From Rhabdothermincola salaria (GTDB lineage: Bacteria; Actinomycetota; Acidimicrobiia; Acidimicrobiales; Acidimicrobilacustridaceae), in NCBI RefSeq assembly GCF_021246445.1, contig NZ_JAJQXW010000005.1, positions 124,001-188,000 on the forward strand: DNA of 64,000 nucleotides, given 5' to 3'. Position 1 is the stretch's first letter, and the number at the start of each line of letters is the position of its first letter. This document shows, piece after piece, positions 1-8,850 of the stretch. The notes beneath the pieces were generated by a model that saw nothing but the letters and a program-made list of their open reading frames with translations, was not told the origin of the DNA and did no database searches. The translations under genes and the position numbers were made by a program.

Positions 1-1374
1 CTGGTGCTGGGCAAGGTGTACACGATCTCCAAGAGCGCAGTCGTGCCGGGCACCGTGCGCAACGACACCGAGCTGGTCGAGGCCAACTCCAAGCTCACCG
101 TGCTGTCCGCCGTGGTGGTGGTCATCGCCGCCGCCCCCGCCGGTGCCCTGCTCGCCCTCGGCGGGTCCCGCTGGTCGCTGGGGCTCAGCGCCATCCTCTT
201 CGTCGTGGCGACGGTGTTCGCCCTGCGCCTGCAGCCCACGGTGGTGGCCGACGAACCGGTCGGCGAAGCCGAGAAGGAAGAGCTGCGCAGCGCCGGCATC
301 TTCCTCGCCGGCACCGCCATGTCGCTGGTGCGCGGCGTGGTCGGGTTCCTCGCCTTCATGCTGGCCTTCGCCTTCAAGGACGCCGGCGCACCCCTGTGGC
401 AGCTCGGCGTGGTGGCCGCCACCGCCCAGATCGGCTTCTTCGTGGGCGCGGTCATCGCCCCGCGCCTGCGCCGCCTGGCCAACGAGGAGCAGATCCTGGT
501 CGGTGCCCTCGTCATCATCGCCGTCGGTGGTCTGGCCACCGCGGTCATCGGTGGCCTCTTCGGTGCCGCGGTGATGTCGATGCTGGTGGGGGCCACGGGC
601 AGTTCGGCCAAGCAGGCCTTCGACGCCATCCTCCAGCGTGACGCTCCCGATGCCAACCGCGGGCGGTCCTTCGCCCGTTTCGAGACCCGCTTCCAGCTCA
701 TCTGGGTGATCGGTGCGCTCGTGCCGATCGTGGTGCCCGTGTCGGCACAGGTGGGCTTCGCCCTCATCGCGGTGGCGGCGTCGATCACCGCCGGCTGGTA
801 CCTCCTCGAGCTGCGGCGCATCCGCCAGGGCAACGTGCCCGTCCGGCGGCGGGGCTGGAAGCTCCGGCCCCTCTTCGGTCCTGGGGTCCGCTCGCCGCAC
901 CCGCTCACCCCCGAACCCGAACCCGATTCCGACGGCGAATCCGACGGCGACCAGGTCGCGGCCACCGCCACCGCCGACCACGACCGACGTCCTGCGCCGC
1001 CCACCCCTGCGCCGCCCACCCCTGCGCCGCCCGACCCCACCCTCGTCGACGGCGACGCCACCACCGTGCGGCGCGGCTTCGCCGTCGACCCGCCGTGGGC
1101 GTCGCGCTCGTCCACCGCCAGCCGGCCCGGAGCCGACGTCACCACCGTCACCGACGCGCCGCCGCCACCCGATCGGGCCCGGCGGTGGATGCGCCGGGCC
1201 CCCGAACCGGACGCGGGGCCGAGCGGGGGCACCGGCGCGGCGCCGCCCGAGGTCTGTGGCCAGGGGATGCTGTTCGGCCCCGAGGCGTGGGACGAGGCGG
1301 TTCCCTCCGACGACGCGGTTCGCGGCGACGAGGCCGCGCCGGCCGACGCCGACGAGGCACCCCCGTCCCCCTGA
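1..1374 (+). CDS. MFS transporter (5' truncated by window) with Pro/Asp-rich C-terminal tail
   Basis: Multiple hydrophobic helices; 'ELVEANSKL' and 'DAPDANRGRSFARFETRFQLIWV' MFS-like loops; ORF open at window edge. Confidence 0.75.
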   Translation: MVLGKVYTISKSAVVPGTVRNDTELVEANSKLTVLSAVVVVIAAAPAGALLALGGSRWSLGLSAILFVVATVFALRLQPTVVADEPVGEAEKEELRSAGIFLAGTAMSLVRGVVGFLAFMLAFAFKDAGAPLWQLGVVAATAQIGFFVGAVIAPRLRRLANEEQILVGALVIIAVGGLATAVIGGLFGAAVMSMLVGATGSSAKQAFDAILQRDAPDANRGRSFARFETRFQLIWVIGALVPIVVPVSAQVGFALIAVAASITAGWYLLELRRIRQGNVPVRRRGWKLRPLFGPGVRSPHPLTPEPEPDSDGESDGDQVAATATADHDRRPAPPTPAPPTPAPPDPTLVDGDATTVRRGFAVDPPWASRSSTASRPGADVTTVTDAPPPPDRARRWMRRAPEPDAGPSGGTGAAPPEVCGQGMLFGPEAWDEAVPSDDAVRGDEAAPADADEAPPSP

Positions 1375-1410
1375 GTCCCGAGCCTGCCGGTCGGCGACCT
1401 GGGGGTCCGG

Positions 1411-2625
1411 TCAGTCGGGCAGGTCGATGCGGGCCAGCCAGAGGCCCGGGGCGTCGATCTCGGCGGGGGTGGGCAGCGTGCGGTCGGACTCCCACAACCG
1501 GGCCAGGCCCTCGGCACCGGAACGCTCGACCACCCCGCCGACGAAGGCCGCGCCGCGGTCGTAGCTGGCCTGGGAGAGCTCGAGGCCGAGGAGCTTCTCG
1601 ACGAAGCGGTCCGACGAGTGGGCCTCCACCCGTCGCCGGCGCAACGCCTCGGTGAGCATCGGGTAGTCCTGCACCAGCCCGTGGCCCACCGTGTCCATGA
1701 TGTGGTCGACGTAGCCGACGATGGCCATGACCAAGGCCTCGAGGCGGGGCAGCAGCTCGCGCTGGGCGGGCGACTGGATGGCGCCGAGCAGGATCTCGGG
1801 GTCGCCGAACATCGACTGCTGCAGGTTGGTGAGCGAGGAGGGATCGCCGGGGTCGATGTCGCCCAGGCGGTCCTCGAGGGCGGAGGAGTCGGGCTGGAAC
1901 CCGCTCACGTAGGCCAGCAGCAGCTCGTCGAGCCGGGTCCGGACGTGGGGGAGGCGCAGCACCGTGTGGGTGGCGACCTCCTGCACGCAGACCCAGAGGC
2001 GCAGGTCGTCGGGGGGCAGGCTCCACTCCTCGCCGAACTCGTCGAGGTTGGCCACCACCACCATGAGCTCGTCGGACGGGGGGCGGGGGATGGGGAGGTC
2101 GTACTGGCCGAGGGCCCGGCGGGCCAGGTGGCCGACCATCGATCCGGCGGTCATGCCGAGCATCATGGGGCCGACCATCTGCATCAGCGGGGCCATGAAG
2201 CCGAGCGGGTCGGCGGGGTCGGGGCTCTCGGGTTCGGCGGCAGGGGAGTGCAGCGCACCGGCGAGCGCTTCGAAGAGGGGACGCCAGGCGTCGAGCGTGG
2301 CGTTCACCCACTGGCCGCGCGTGACCGGGGTGATGGCGATGCCCCGGCCGGTGGCCGAGGAGGGCAGCCCGGTGGCGGTGCCCACGTGGAGCTCGGCCAC
2401 TCGGGCCAGCTGCTCGATCTTGATCCGCTCGAGCGGATCGACGTTGGTCTCCTGGCCTCCGTCGGTGGCGACGGTGTAGGCCAGCTGCCGGGCAGCGTCC
2501 CATCCGACCGGGCCCTGCTGGGAGAACAACCGGGCGAGGTCGCCGAAGATGGGCAGCCCTTCGAAGGGGTTGGTGCCCCCCTGTCCGAAGGGGTCGTCGG
2601 GGGTGTCGGGGGGTTCCGGGCTCAC
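1411..2625 (-). CDS. Zinc-dependent metalloprotease-like protein (DUF2342/zincin family)
   Basis: 'ALGQYDLPIP', 'LRLWVCVQEVATH', 'LEALVMAIVGYVDH', 'LPTPAEIDAPGLWLARI'; GTG 2625 lies 7 nt after TACGCT. Confidence 0.8.
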   Translation of the reverse strand: MSPEPPDTPDDPFGQGGTNPFEGLPIFGDLARLFSQQGPVGWDAARQLAYTVATDGGQETNVDPLERIKIEQLARVAELHVGTATGLPSSATGRGIAITPVTRGQWVNATLDAWRPLFEALAGALHSPAAEPESPDPADPLGFMAPLMQMVGPMMLGMTAGSMVGHLARRALGQYDLPIPRPPSDELMVVVANLDEFGEEWSLPPDDLRLWVCVQEVATHTVLRLPHVRTRLDELLLAYVSGFQPDSSALEDRLGDIDPGDPSSLTNLQQSMFGDPEILLGAIQSPAQRELLPRLEALVMAIVGYVDHIMDTVGHGLVQDYPMLTEALRRRRVEAHSSDRFVEKLLGLELSQASYDRGAAFVGGVVERSGAEGLARLWESDRTLPTPAEIDAPGLWLARIDLPD

Positions 2626-2706
2626 CCGGTTCAGCGTAGGCCCCATGCGCGTCGTCCCCGCCTCGGGTGTGCCGGTTCCGCCGACGTCGGGGCATGATGG
2701 GCCCGG

Positions 2707-3780
2707 ATGGGCAACGTCGTGGTGGTGACCGGAGCTGCGGGCTCGATCGGCCGGCGGGTCGTGGACGACGTGGCGTCCGACCGCCTCGTCCGCCGCGTGG
2801 TCGCCGTCGATCGCGCCGGGATGGCGTCGTCGACCCCCGGATCGACGCACCGCGCCGAGGTGCGATCGGTGCCCTTCGCGCTCGACGATCCTCGTCTGGC
2901 CGGCGCCGTGGCCGGAGCCACCGAGGTGATCTTGGTGAGCGCCGCGTCGGGCCCGGAGCTCGACGGCACGGGCGGAGCCGAGGTCGACCTCGACGGCGTC
3001 TCGGCCCTGCTCGGGGTGCTCGGGGACGTCGACACCCTGGAGCACATGGTGGTGGTGTCGTCAGGGCTGGTCTACGGCTCGAGCCCCGACAACCCTCTGC
3101 CCCTCACCGAGCGGGTGCGGGCCCGCCCCGATCCCGAGGTGCCCGCCGCCGTGGCCAAGGCCGAGCTCGAGCACCGGGTGCGGCGCTGGGCCGTGCAGCA
3201 CCAGGTCCCGTGCACGGTGCTGCGGCCCAGCGTGGTGGTGGCCCCCGAGAACGCCCGTTGGCTGGGTCGGTCGCCGTGGTCCAGCGCCGGGCTGCAGGTG
3301 GCGGGGGCCGAGCCGCCCGTGCAGTTCCTCCACGTCGACGACCTGGTGACCGCGGTCGCCGCCGTGCGTCGGTCTCGTCCCGATGCGGTGGTCAACGTGG
3401 CCCCCGACGGCTGGATCACCGCCGACGAGCGCCGGGCGCTCAAGGGCCCGGCGGCTCGGGTGCGCCTGCCGCGAGCCGTCGCGGTGGGGGTGGCCCGCCT
3501 CGGTCGCGGGCTGCGCGTCGACTGGGGCGACCCGTCCGCGGTCATCGCCAGCGCCGCCCCATGGGTGTTGGCCAACGATCGCCTCAAGGCCACGGGCTGG
3601 CGCCCCACCCACACCAGCGAGGAGGCCTTCGTGGTGGTCGACCCGGGTGGGCCGTGGTCTCGGCTCACTCCCCGCGACCGCCAGACGCTGGCCCTGGGCT
3701 CGCTCGGCGTCGCGGTGGCGACGGCCCTCGGCGTCGTGCTGGCGGTGGTGCAGCGCCTGCGCCGAGCCGGTCGCCGCTGA
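2707..3780 (+). CDS. NAD-dependent epimerase/dehydratase family protein
   Basis: 'VVVTGAAGSIG' Rossmann motif, 'VVSSGLVYG', 'VLRPSVVV', 'QFLHVDDL'. Confidence 0.8.
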   Translation: MGNVVVVTGAAGSIGRRVVDDVASDRLVRRVVAVDRAGMASSTPGSTHRAEVRSVPFALDDPRLAGAVAGATEVILVSAASGPELDGTGGAEVDLDGVSALLGVLGDVDTLEHMVVVSSGLVYGSSPDNPLPLTERVRARPDPEVPAAVAKAELEHRVRRWAVQHQVPCTVLRPSVVVAPENARWLGRSPWSSAGLQVAGAEPPVQFLHVDDLVTAVAAVRRSRPDAVVNVAPDGWITADERRALKGPAARVRLPRAVAVGVARLGRGLRVDWGDPSAVIASAAPWVLANDRLKATGWRPTHTSEEAFVVVDPGGPWSRLTPRDRQTLALGSLGVAVATALGVVLAVVQRLRRAGRR

Positions 3781-3783
3781 CCC

Positions 3784-3936
3784 GACCGACCGACCGGGCC
3801 GACCGACCGACTGGGCCGACCGACCGACTGGGCCGGCCGACCGACTGGGCCGACCGACCGACTGGGCCGACCGACCGACTGGGCCGACCGACCGACTGGG
3901 CCGACCGACCGACTGGGCCGACCGACCGACTGGGCC
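3784..3936. repeat. Tandem repeat, 9 x 17 bp (GACCGACCGACTGGGCC)
   Basis: Nine head-to-tail units, two with single substitutions, between convergent genes. Confidence 0.95.
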
Positions 3937-3946
3937 GGCTCGGGTG

Positions 3947-5203
3947 TCAGCTCTGGGCGCCGAGGGTGACGGGCAGATCGACCGTGTCCCCGTCGCGTAT
4001 GACCGTGACGGTGACCTCGTCGCCGGGTTCGTGGGCCCGGATGGCGACCACCAGCGACGAGACGGACAGCACCTCGGCGCCGTCGAGGTGCACGACGATG
4101 TCGCCCGGGCGCAGCCCGGCCGTGTCGGCCGGGCTGTCGGGGGTGACCTCGGTGAGCACGGCGCCGGCCCGGCCCAGCTCCCCGGCGAGGTCGGTGTCGA
4201 GGTCGTCGCCCATCACGCCCAGCCAGGCCCGGGTGGTGCGCCCCGTGGCGATCAACTCGTCGGCCGCCACGATGGCGGCATCGATCGGGGTGGCGTAGTG
4301 GACCATGGGACCCTCCGACGCGTCGTTCGTCGTCGTCGGGACGGGTGCCGCGGTGGAGACGGGGGCGATGCCGGTCCCTTCGCCGGGCAGGGCGACGAGG
4401 ACCAGCCCGAGGACGGCGCCGGCCTCGGTGCACACGACGGCGCCCGGGGTGGTCGGCGCGGCGTCGAACGACGCGCCGATGAGGTCGTGCCAGGTGCCCT
4501 GGGGGGCGTCGACCCGCCAGCCCATCCCGTTGATGGTCCCCGTGCTGACGGCGGGTGATCCGGCAGGGTCCGGCGGGTGCGACACCGACAGCGCGGGGTC
4601 ACCGGGGTCCACCCCGTCGACGTCGGCGAGCACCGCCGCACTCAGCTCGTCGGCGTCGACCTTCACCACGGCCACGCCGCTGACCTCGTCGACGCCGACC
4701 ACGCCGGCGTCGAGGACGCGACCGTCGGCGAGGGTCACGACCACGTCGTCGGCGTCGGCGACCACCGCGGCGGCGGTGAGCACGTGGCCGTCGGAGCGGT
4801 AGACGACGCCGCTGGCCGTGGTGGTCGTGGACCCGGCTCGGGCATCGACGCGGGCGAGGGCCGTGCCGAGCACGTCGACGGGGTCGGCGCCGCCCCCGTT
4901 GGGCAGCGCCACCGCCACCTGTTCCACCACGACCGGGCTGCGGGTCTGGTCGAAGGTGCCGATCAGGGCCAGCAGGGCGAGCGTGGCCACGGCCCCGGCG
5001 GCCATGGCCAGCACCACCGTGCGCCCCCGAGCGGCGTCGCCGACGCCGGCGCCGGACGGGGCGGCGATCACCTCGACGGCAGGCCGGGGGGGCTCGCCGG
5101 ACGCGGATCGACCCAGCTCCGAGGGGTGGCGCCAGATCCGATCCTCTGGTGGGAGAGGCGGCACGAACCCGTCGGCGTCGTCGGAATCGTCAGGCCTCGC
5201 CAT
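3947..5203 (-). CDS. HtrA/S1C-like protein (TM + trypsin-like + PDZ) with degenerate catalytic triad
   Basis: 'PPEDRIWRHPSE' N-terminus, TM, 'ASGVVYRSDGHVLT', PDZ 'RAWLGV...SPADTAGLRPGDIV'. Confidence 0.8.
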   Translation of the reverse strand: MARPDDSDDADGFVPPLPPEDRIWRHPSELGRSASGEPPRPAVEVIAAPSGAGVGDAARGRTVVLAMAAGAVATLALLALIGTFDQTRSPVVVEQVAVALPNGGGADPVDVLGTALARVDARAGSTTTTASGVVYRSDGHVLTAAAVVADADDVVVTLADGRVLDAGVVGVDEVSGVAVVKVDADELSAAVLADVDGVDPGDPALSVSHPPDPAGSPAVSTGTINGMGWRVDAPQGTWHDLIGASFDAAPTTPGAVVCTEAGAVLGLVLVALPGEGTGIAPVSTAAPVPTTTNDASEGPMVHYATPIDAAIVAADELIATGRTTRAWLGVMGDDLDTDLAGELGRAGAVLTEVTPDSPADTAGLRPGDIVVHLDGAEVLSVSSLVVAIRAHEPGDEVTVTVIRDGDTVDLPVTLGAQS

Positions 5204-5263
5204 GGCCGCGGATCGTACCGGCGACGCCGGTCGCGTTGGACGCGCCCCCACTACGATGGGGTA

Positions 5264-5755
5264 GTGACCATCGACGCCCCGCATGCCGACGACTGGGTGG
5301 CCCTCACCGACGAGGTGCTCGACGTCGGTCTCGCCACCGACTGGGTGACGCGCCCCGGGTGCGGAGCGATCGTGGCCTTCAGCGGCGTGGTGCGCGACCA
5401 CGCCGACGGCACGGTCGACGTCACCCACATCGACTACGAGGCGTGGTCCGAGCAGGTGCTACCCCGTCTCGGCGACATCGCCGCCGACATGCGGCGTCGC
5501 TGGCCGGATCTCGGGCGCATCGTGCTGTGGCATCGTGACGGCGTGGTGCACCTGGGTGAGTCGTCAGTGGTCGTGGCCGTGTCGGCCCCTCATCGGGGCG
5601 AGGCGTTCGACGCCGCCGAGCACGGCATCGACACCCTCAAGGCCACCGTCCCGATCTGGAAGAAGGAGCACTGGCCGGGCGGCGCCACCTGGGCCCGAGC
5701 CACCCAGCCCATCACCGACGTCGACGACCTCGCCACCGACGGGGTGACGCGGTGA
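5264..5755 (+). CDS. moaE: Molybdopterin synthase catalytic subunit
   Basis: 'GAIVAFSGVVRDH', 'IDYEAW', 'VAVSAPHRGEAF', 'LKATVPIWKKE'. Confidence 0.92.
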   Translation: MTIDAPHADDWVALTDEVLDVGLATDWVTRPGCGAIVAFSGVVRDHADGTVDVTHIDYEAWSEQVLPRLGDIAADMRRRWPDLGRIVLWHRDGVVHLGESSVVVAVSAPHRGEAFDAAEHGIDTLKATVPIWKKEHWPGGATWARATQPITDVDDLATDGVTR

Positions 5756-6039
5756 GCGGTGGGGTGGGCTTCCTGCTCATCGTCGTGGTCATCACCGTGG
5801 TGGGCTCGCTGGTGCTGTGGTTGCGCAACCGCAAGCCCACGACGTACATGTCGAGCGTCGACGAGTTCCAACAGGAGATGCAGGCGCTCGGCCGCGATCC
5901 GAACCAGGCTCCCGAGCGGTCGCGCCGCTCGTCTCGCCCACGGGGCGCGGCCCCGCCCCCCAGCCGCACCTCCCCGCCCCCCACGTCGAATCGACGTGAT
6001 CGTCGGTCGCGCACCGACGACCAGGGTGGGGGGCAGTAG
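5752..6039 (+). CDS. Small single-TM hypothetical protein
   Basis: N-terminal TM helix, 'SSVDEFQQEMQAL'; overlaps moaE stop (GTGA). Confidence 0.65.
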   Translation: MSGGVGFLLIVVVITVVGSLVLWLRNRKPTTYMSSVDEFQQEMQALGRDPNQAPERSRRSSRPRGAAPPPSRTSPPPTSNRRDRRSRTDDQGGGQ

Positions 6040-6041
6040 CT

Positions 6042-7037
6042 CTGGCTCGCGACCTGGCCATCGACCTCGGCACCGCCAACACCCTCGTGTACGTGCGCGG
6101 CGAGGGCATCGTGCTCAACGAGCCGTCGGTGATCGCCCTCAACAGCCGTACGCAGGACGTCCTGGCCATGGGCCACGAGGCGTGGCAGATGATCGGGCGC
6201 ACCCCCAGCTACATCGTGGCCGTGCGTCCCCTGCGCAAGGGCGCCATCACCGACTTCGAGGTGACGCAGCGCATGATCCGCCTGCTGCTGCAGCGCGTGG
6301 GGGTGAACCGGTTCAACCGCCCGCGGGTCGTCATCTGCGTGCCGTCGGCCATCACCGCGGTCGAGCAGCGCGCCGTCACCGAAGCGGCGCGTCGGGCCGG
6401 GGCGGCCGAGGCCCACCTCATCGAACAGCCCATGGCTGCCGCCATCGGGTCCGGCCTGCCCATCAACGAGCCGCTCGGCAACATGGTCATCGACATCGGC
6501 GGTGGCACGTCGGAGGTGGCGCTCATCTCCCTCGGGGGGGTGGTGGCGCTCGAGGCGGTGCGCGTCGGCAGCTTCGACATCGACGCCGCGATCCAGACCT
6601 ACATCCGACGCGAATACGGCATCGCCATCGGCGAACGCACGGCCGAGGAGATCAAGGTCACCATCGGCTCGGCGTGGCCCACCGAGCACGAGTTCGCGGC
6701 CGAGGTCCGGGGTCGCGAGCTCATGAGCGGGCTCCCCAAGACCGTCATCCTCACGGCCGAGGAGGTGCGCGAGGCCATCGACGAGCCGGTGTCGGCCATG
6801 GTCGACGCCGCCATCGCCTGTCTCGGCCAGGCTCCGCCGGAGCTGGCCCAGGACCTCATCGGCCAGGGCATCCACCTGGTGGGCGGTGGCGGCATGCTGC
6901 GGGGCCTCGACCTGCGTCTCGAGCACGAGACCGACATCCCGGTGCACCTCGTCGATCTGCCGCTCGAGTCGGTGGTGCTGGGCGCGGGGCACTGCGTGGA
7001 GTCCTTCGACCAGCTCAAGGTCATGTTCATGGAGTGA
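6042..7037 (+). CDS. mreB: Rod shape-determining actin homologue, probable CTG start
   Basis: 'ARDLAIDLGTANTLV', 'EPSVIA', 'IEQPMAAAIG', 'DIGGGTSE', 'GERTAEEIK', 'GGGGMLRG'. Confidence 0.92.
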   Translation: MARDLAIDLGTANTLVYVRGEGIVLNEPSVIALNSRTQDVLAMGHEAWQMIGRTPSYIVAVRPLRKGAITDFEVTQRMIRLLLQRVGVNRFNRPRVVICVPSAITAVEQRAVTEAARRAGAAEAHLIEQPMAAAIGSGLPINEPLGNMVIDIGGGTSEVALISLGGVVALEAVRVGSFDIDAAIQTYIRREYGIAIGERTAEEIKVTIGSAWPTEHEFAAEVRGRELMSGLPKTVILTAEEVREAIDEPVSAMVDAAIACLGQAPPELAQDLIGQGIHLVGGGGMLRGLDLRLEHETDIPVHLVDLPLESVVLGAGHCVESFDQLKVMFME

Positions 7038-7091
7038 CCGCCGATCGGGCATCGCTGCTCGGTCCTGGGTGGTCCTCTACGATGGCGGTTG

Positions 7092-7146
7092 GGTGACGAT
7101 TTCGTCACCGAGTGGCGGGGGGCCGGCGCCATGTGACTACAGTCAC
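7092..7146. promoter_or_regulatory. Two palindromic operator-like sites upstream of ABC operon
   Basis: GGTGACGA-TT-TCGTCACC (7092-7109) and GTGACT-AC-AGTCAC (7133-7146, contains TACAGT). Confidence 0.5.
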
Positions 7147-7202
7147 GGCCCATGACGGCTCGCCGGGGGTGGGCCGGAGAGGTCCCTGGGGGGTGACGCG
7201 TG

Positions 7203-8030
7203 ATGGCTGCGCAATCGACGATCGTGCCTGCACCGGACGTGGTCCTCGCCGTCAACAACCTCGAGGTCGTCTACAACGACGTGATCCTGGCCGTGCGCGG
7301 CATCAGCCTGCAGGTCCCCCGCGGCAGCATCGTGGCCGTCCTCGGTGCCAACGGGGCGGGCAAGACCACGGTGCTGCGAGCCATCACCGGCCTGCTCGAC
7401 GTGCACCGGGCCCGCATCACCAAGGGCGGCGTCGAGCTCGAGGGGCGACGCATCGACAGCGACGACCCCGCCGCCATCGTGCGTTCGGGCGTGTCGCAGG
7501 TCATGGAGGGCCGGCGGGTGTTCTCCGCCCTGAGCGTCGACGAGAACCTGCGCGCCGGCGCCTACACGCGCCGCTCCAAGGCCGAGATCACCGAGAGCTT
7601 CGACCGCGTCATGGAGCTGTTCCCGATCCTGCGGGACCGCCGCCGTTCGATCGCGGGCTACCTCTCCGGCGGCGAGCAGCAGATGGTCGCCATGGGGCGG
7701 GCCCTGATGGCCTCGCCCAAGGTGTTGTTGCTCGACGAACCGTCGCTCGGCCTGGCCCCGCTCATCGTCGAGCAGATCGGCGAGATCATCGGCGAGGTCA
7801 ACCGCCAGGGCACCAGCGTGGTGCTGGTCGAGCAGAACGCAGCGATGGCCCTGGGGGTCTCCCACCACGGCTACGTCGTCGAGAACGGCCGGGTGGTCAA
7901 GGACGGTCCGGCCGACGAGCTGCGCGACGACAAGGACATCCAGGAGTTCTACCTGGGCGTCGGTGAGGCCGGCCGCAAGTCGTTCCGCGACGTCAAGACC
8001 TACCGGCGCCGCAAGCGGTGGAGCGCCTGA
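7203..8030 (+). CDS. ABC transporter ATP-binding protein (LivF-like)
   Basis: Walker A GANGAGKTT, LSGGEQQM, LLLDEPSLGLAP. Confidence 0.92.
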   Translation: MAAQSTIVPAPDVVLAVNNLEVVYNDVILAVRGISLQVPRGSIVAVLGANGAGKTTVLRAITGLLDVHRARITKGGVELEGRRIDSDDPAAIVRSGVSQVMEGRRVFSALSVDENLRAGAYTRRSKAEITESFDRVMELFPILRDRRRSIAGYLSGGEQQMVAMGRALMASPKVLLLDEPSLGLAPLIVEQIGEIIGEVNRQGTSVVLVEQNAAMALGVSHHGYVVENGRVVKDGPADELRDDKDIQEFYLGVGEAGRKSFRDVKTYRRRKRWSA

Positions 8031-8064
8031 TGGCGCCCGAGCACCACGTCGGGGAGGAGCCGGC

Positions 8065-8850
8065 ATGACCGAGTCGAGCAGCGATGAGCCGCTGTTGGTG
8101 GCCCGCGGCGTCTCGCTGCGCTTCGGCGGGGTGAGCGCCCTCACCGACGTCAGCTTCGAGGTGCGCCAACGGGAGCTGTTCGCCGTCATCGGACCCAACG
8201 GCGCCGGCAAGACCTCGATCTTCAACTGCCTCAACGGGGTGTACCGCCCCCAGAGCGGATCCATCCGATTGCGGGGCCGCGAGCTGGTGGGCATGGGTTC
8301 GCGCCGCATCGCCGAGCTGGGAGTGGCCCGTACCTTCCAGAACCTGGGGCTCTTCGCCAACCTCAACGTGATCGACAACCTGATGCTCGGGCGCCACCAT
8401 CTCATGCGCACCGGCTTCTTCGCCGGGGCGCTGTGGTGGGGGCGAGCCCGCAACGAGGAGATCGCCAACCGGCAAGCCGTCGAGGAGATCATCGAGCTGC
8501 TCGAGCTGCAGGCCTACCGCTACCGGCCCGTGGGGCTGCTGCCCTACGGAATCCAGAAGCGCATCGAGCTGGGGCGGGCACTGGCCATGGAGCCTGCCCT
8601 GCTGCTGCTCGACGAGCCGGTGGCCGGCATGAACCAGGAGGAGACCGAGGACACCGCTCGCTACCTCCTCGAGATCCGTGAGGCCCTGAACCTGTCGATG
8701 ATCCTGGTCGAGCACGACATGCACATGGTCATGGACCTCGCCGACCGGGTGATGGCGCTCGACTTCGGGGTGCCCATCGCCACCGGCACCCCCGCCGAGA
8801 TCCAGTCCGACCAGCGGGTGGTCGACGCCTACCTGGGGGTGGGCTCGTGA
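8065..8850 (+). CDS. ABC transporter ATP-binding protein (LivG-like)
   Basis: GPNGAGKTS, 'ARTFQN', LLLDEPVAG, 'VEHDM'; GGAGG RBS. Confidence 0.92.
   Translation: MTESSSDEPLLVARGVSLRFGGVSALTDVSFEVRQRELFAVIGPNGAGKTSIFNCLNGVYRPQSGSIRLRGRELVGMGSRRIAELGVARTFQNLGLFANLNVIDNLMLGRHHLMRTGFFAGALWWGRARNEEIANRQAVEEIIELLELQAYRYRPVGLLPYGIQKRIELGRALAMEPALLLLDEPVAGMNQEETEDTARYLLEIREALNLSMILVEHDMHMVMDLADRVMALDFGVPIATGTPAEIQSDQRVVDAYLGVGS

Noticed and set aside
991..1035. 15-bp repeat CCTGCGCCGCCCACC
   Set aside because: Simply encodes PAPPT repeats in a disordered MFS tail
1411..2625. Loss of HExxH as a novelty ('QEVATH')
   Set aside because: A non-canonical motif is common in this actinobacterial subfamily; not distinctive without alignment
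3784..3936. CRISPR array
   Set aside because: Units are contiguous with no unique spacers and no cas genes are present
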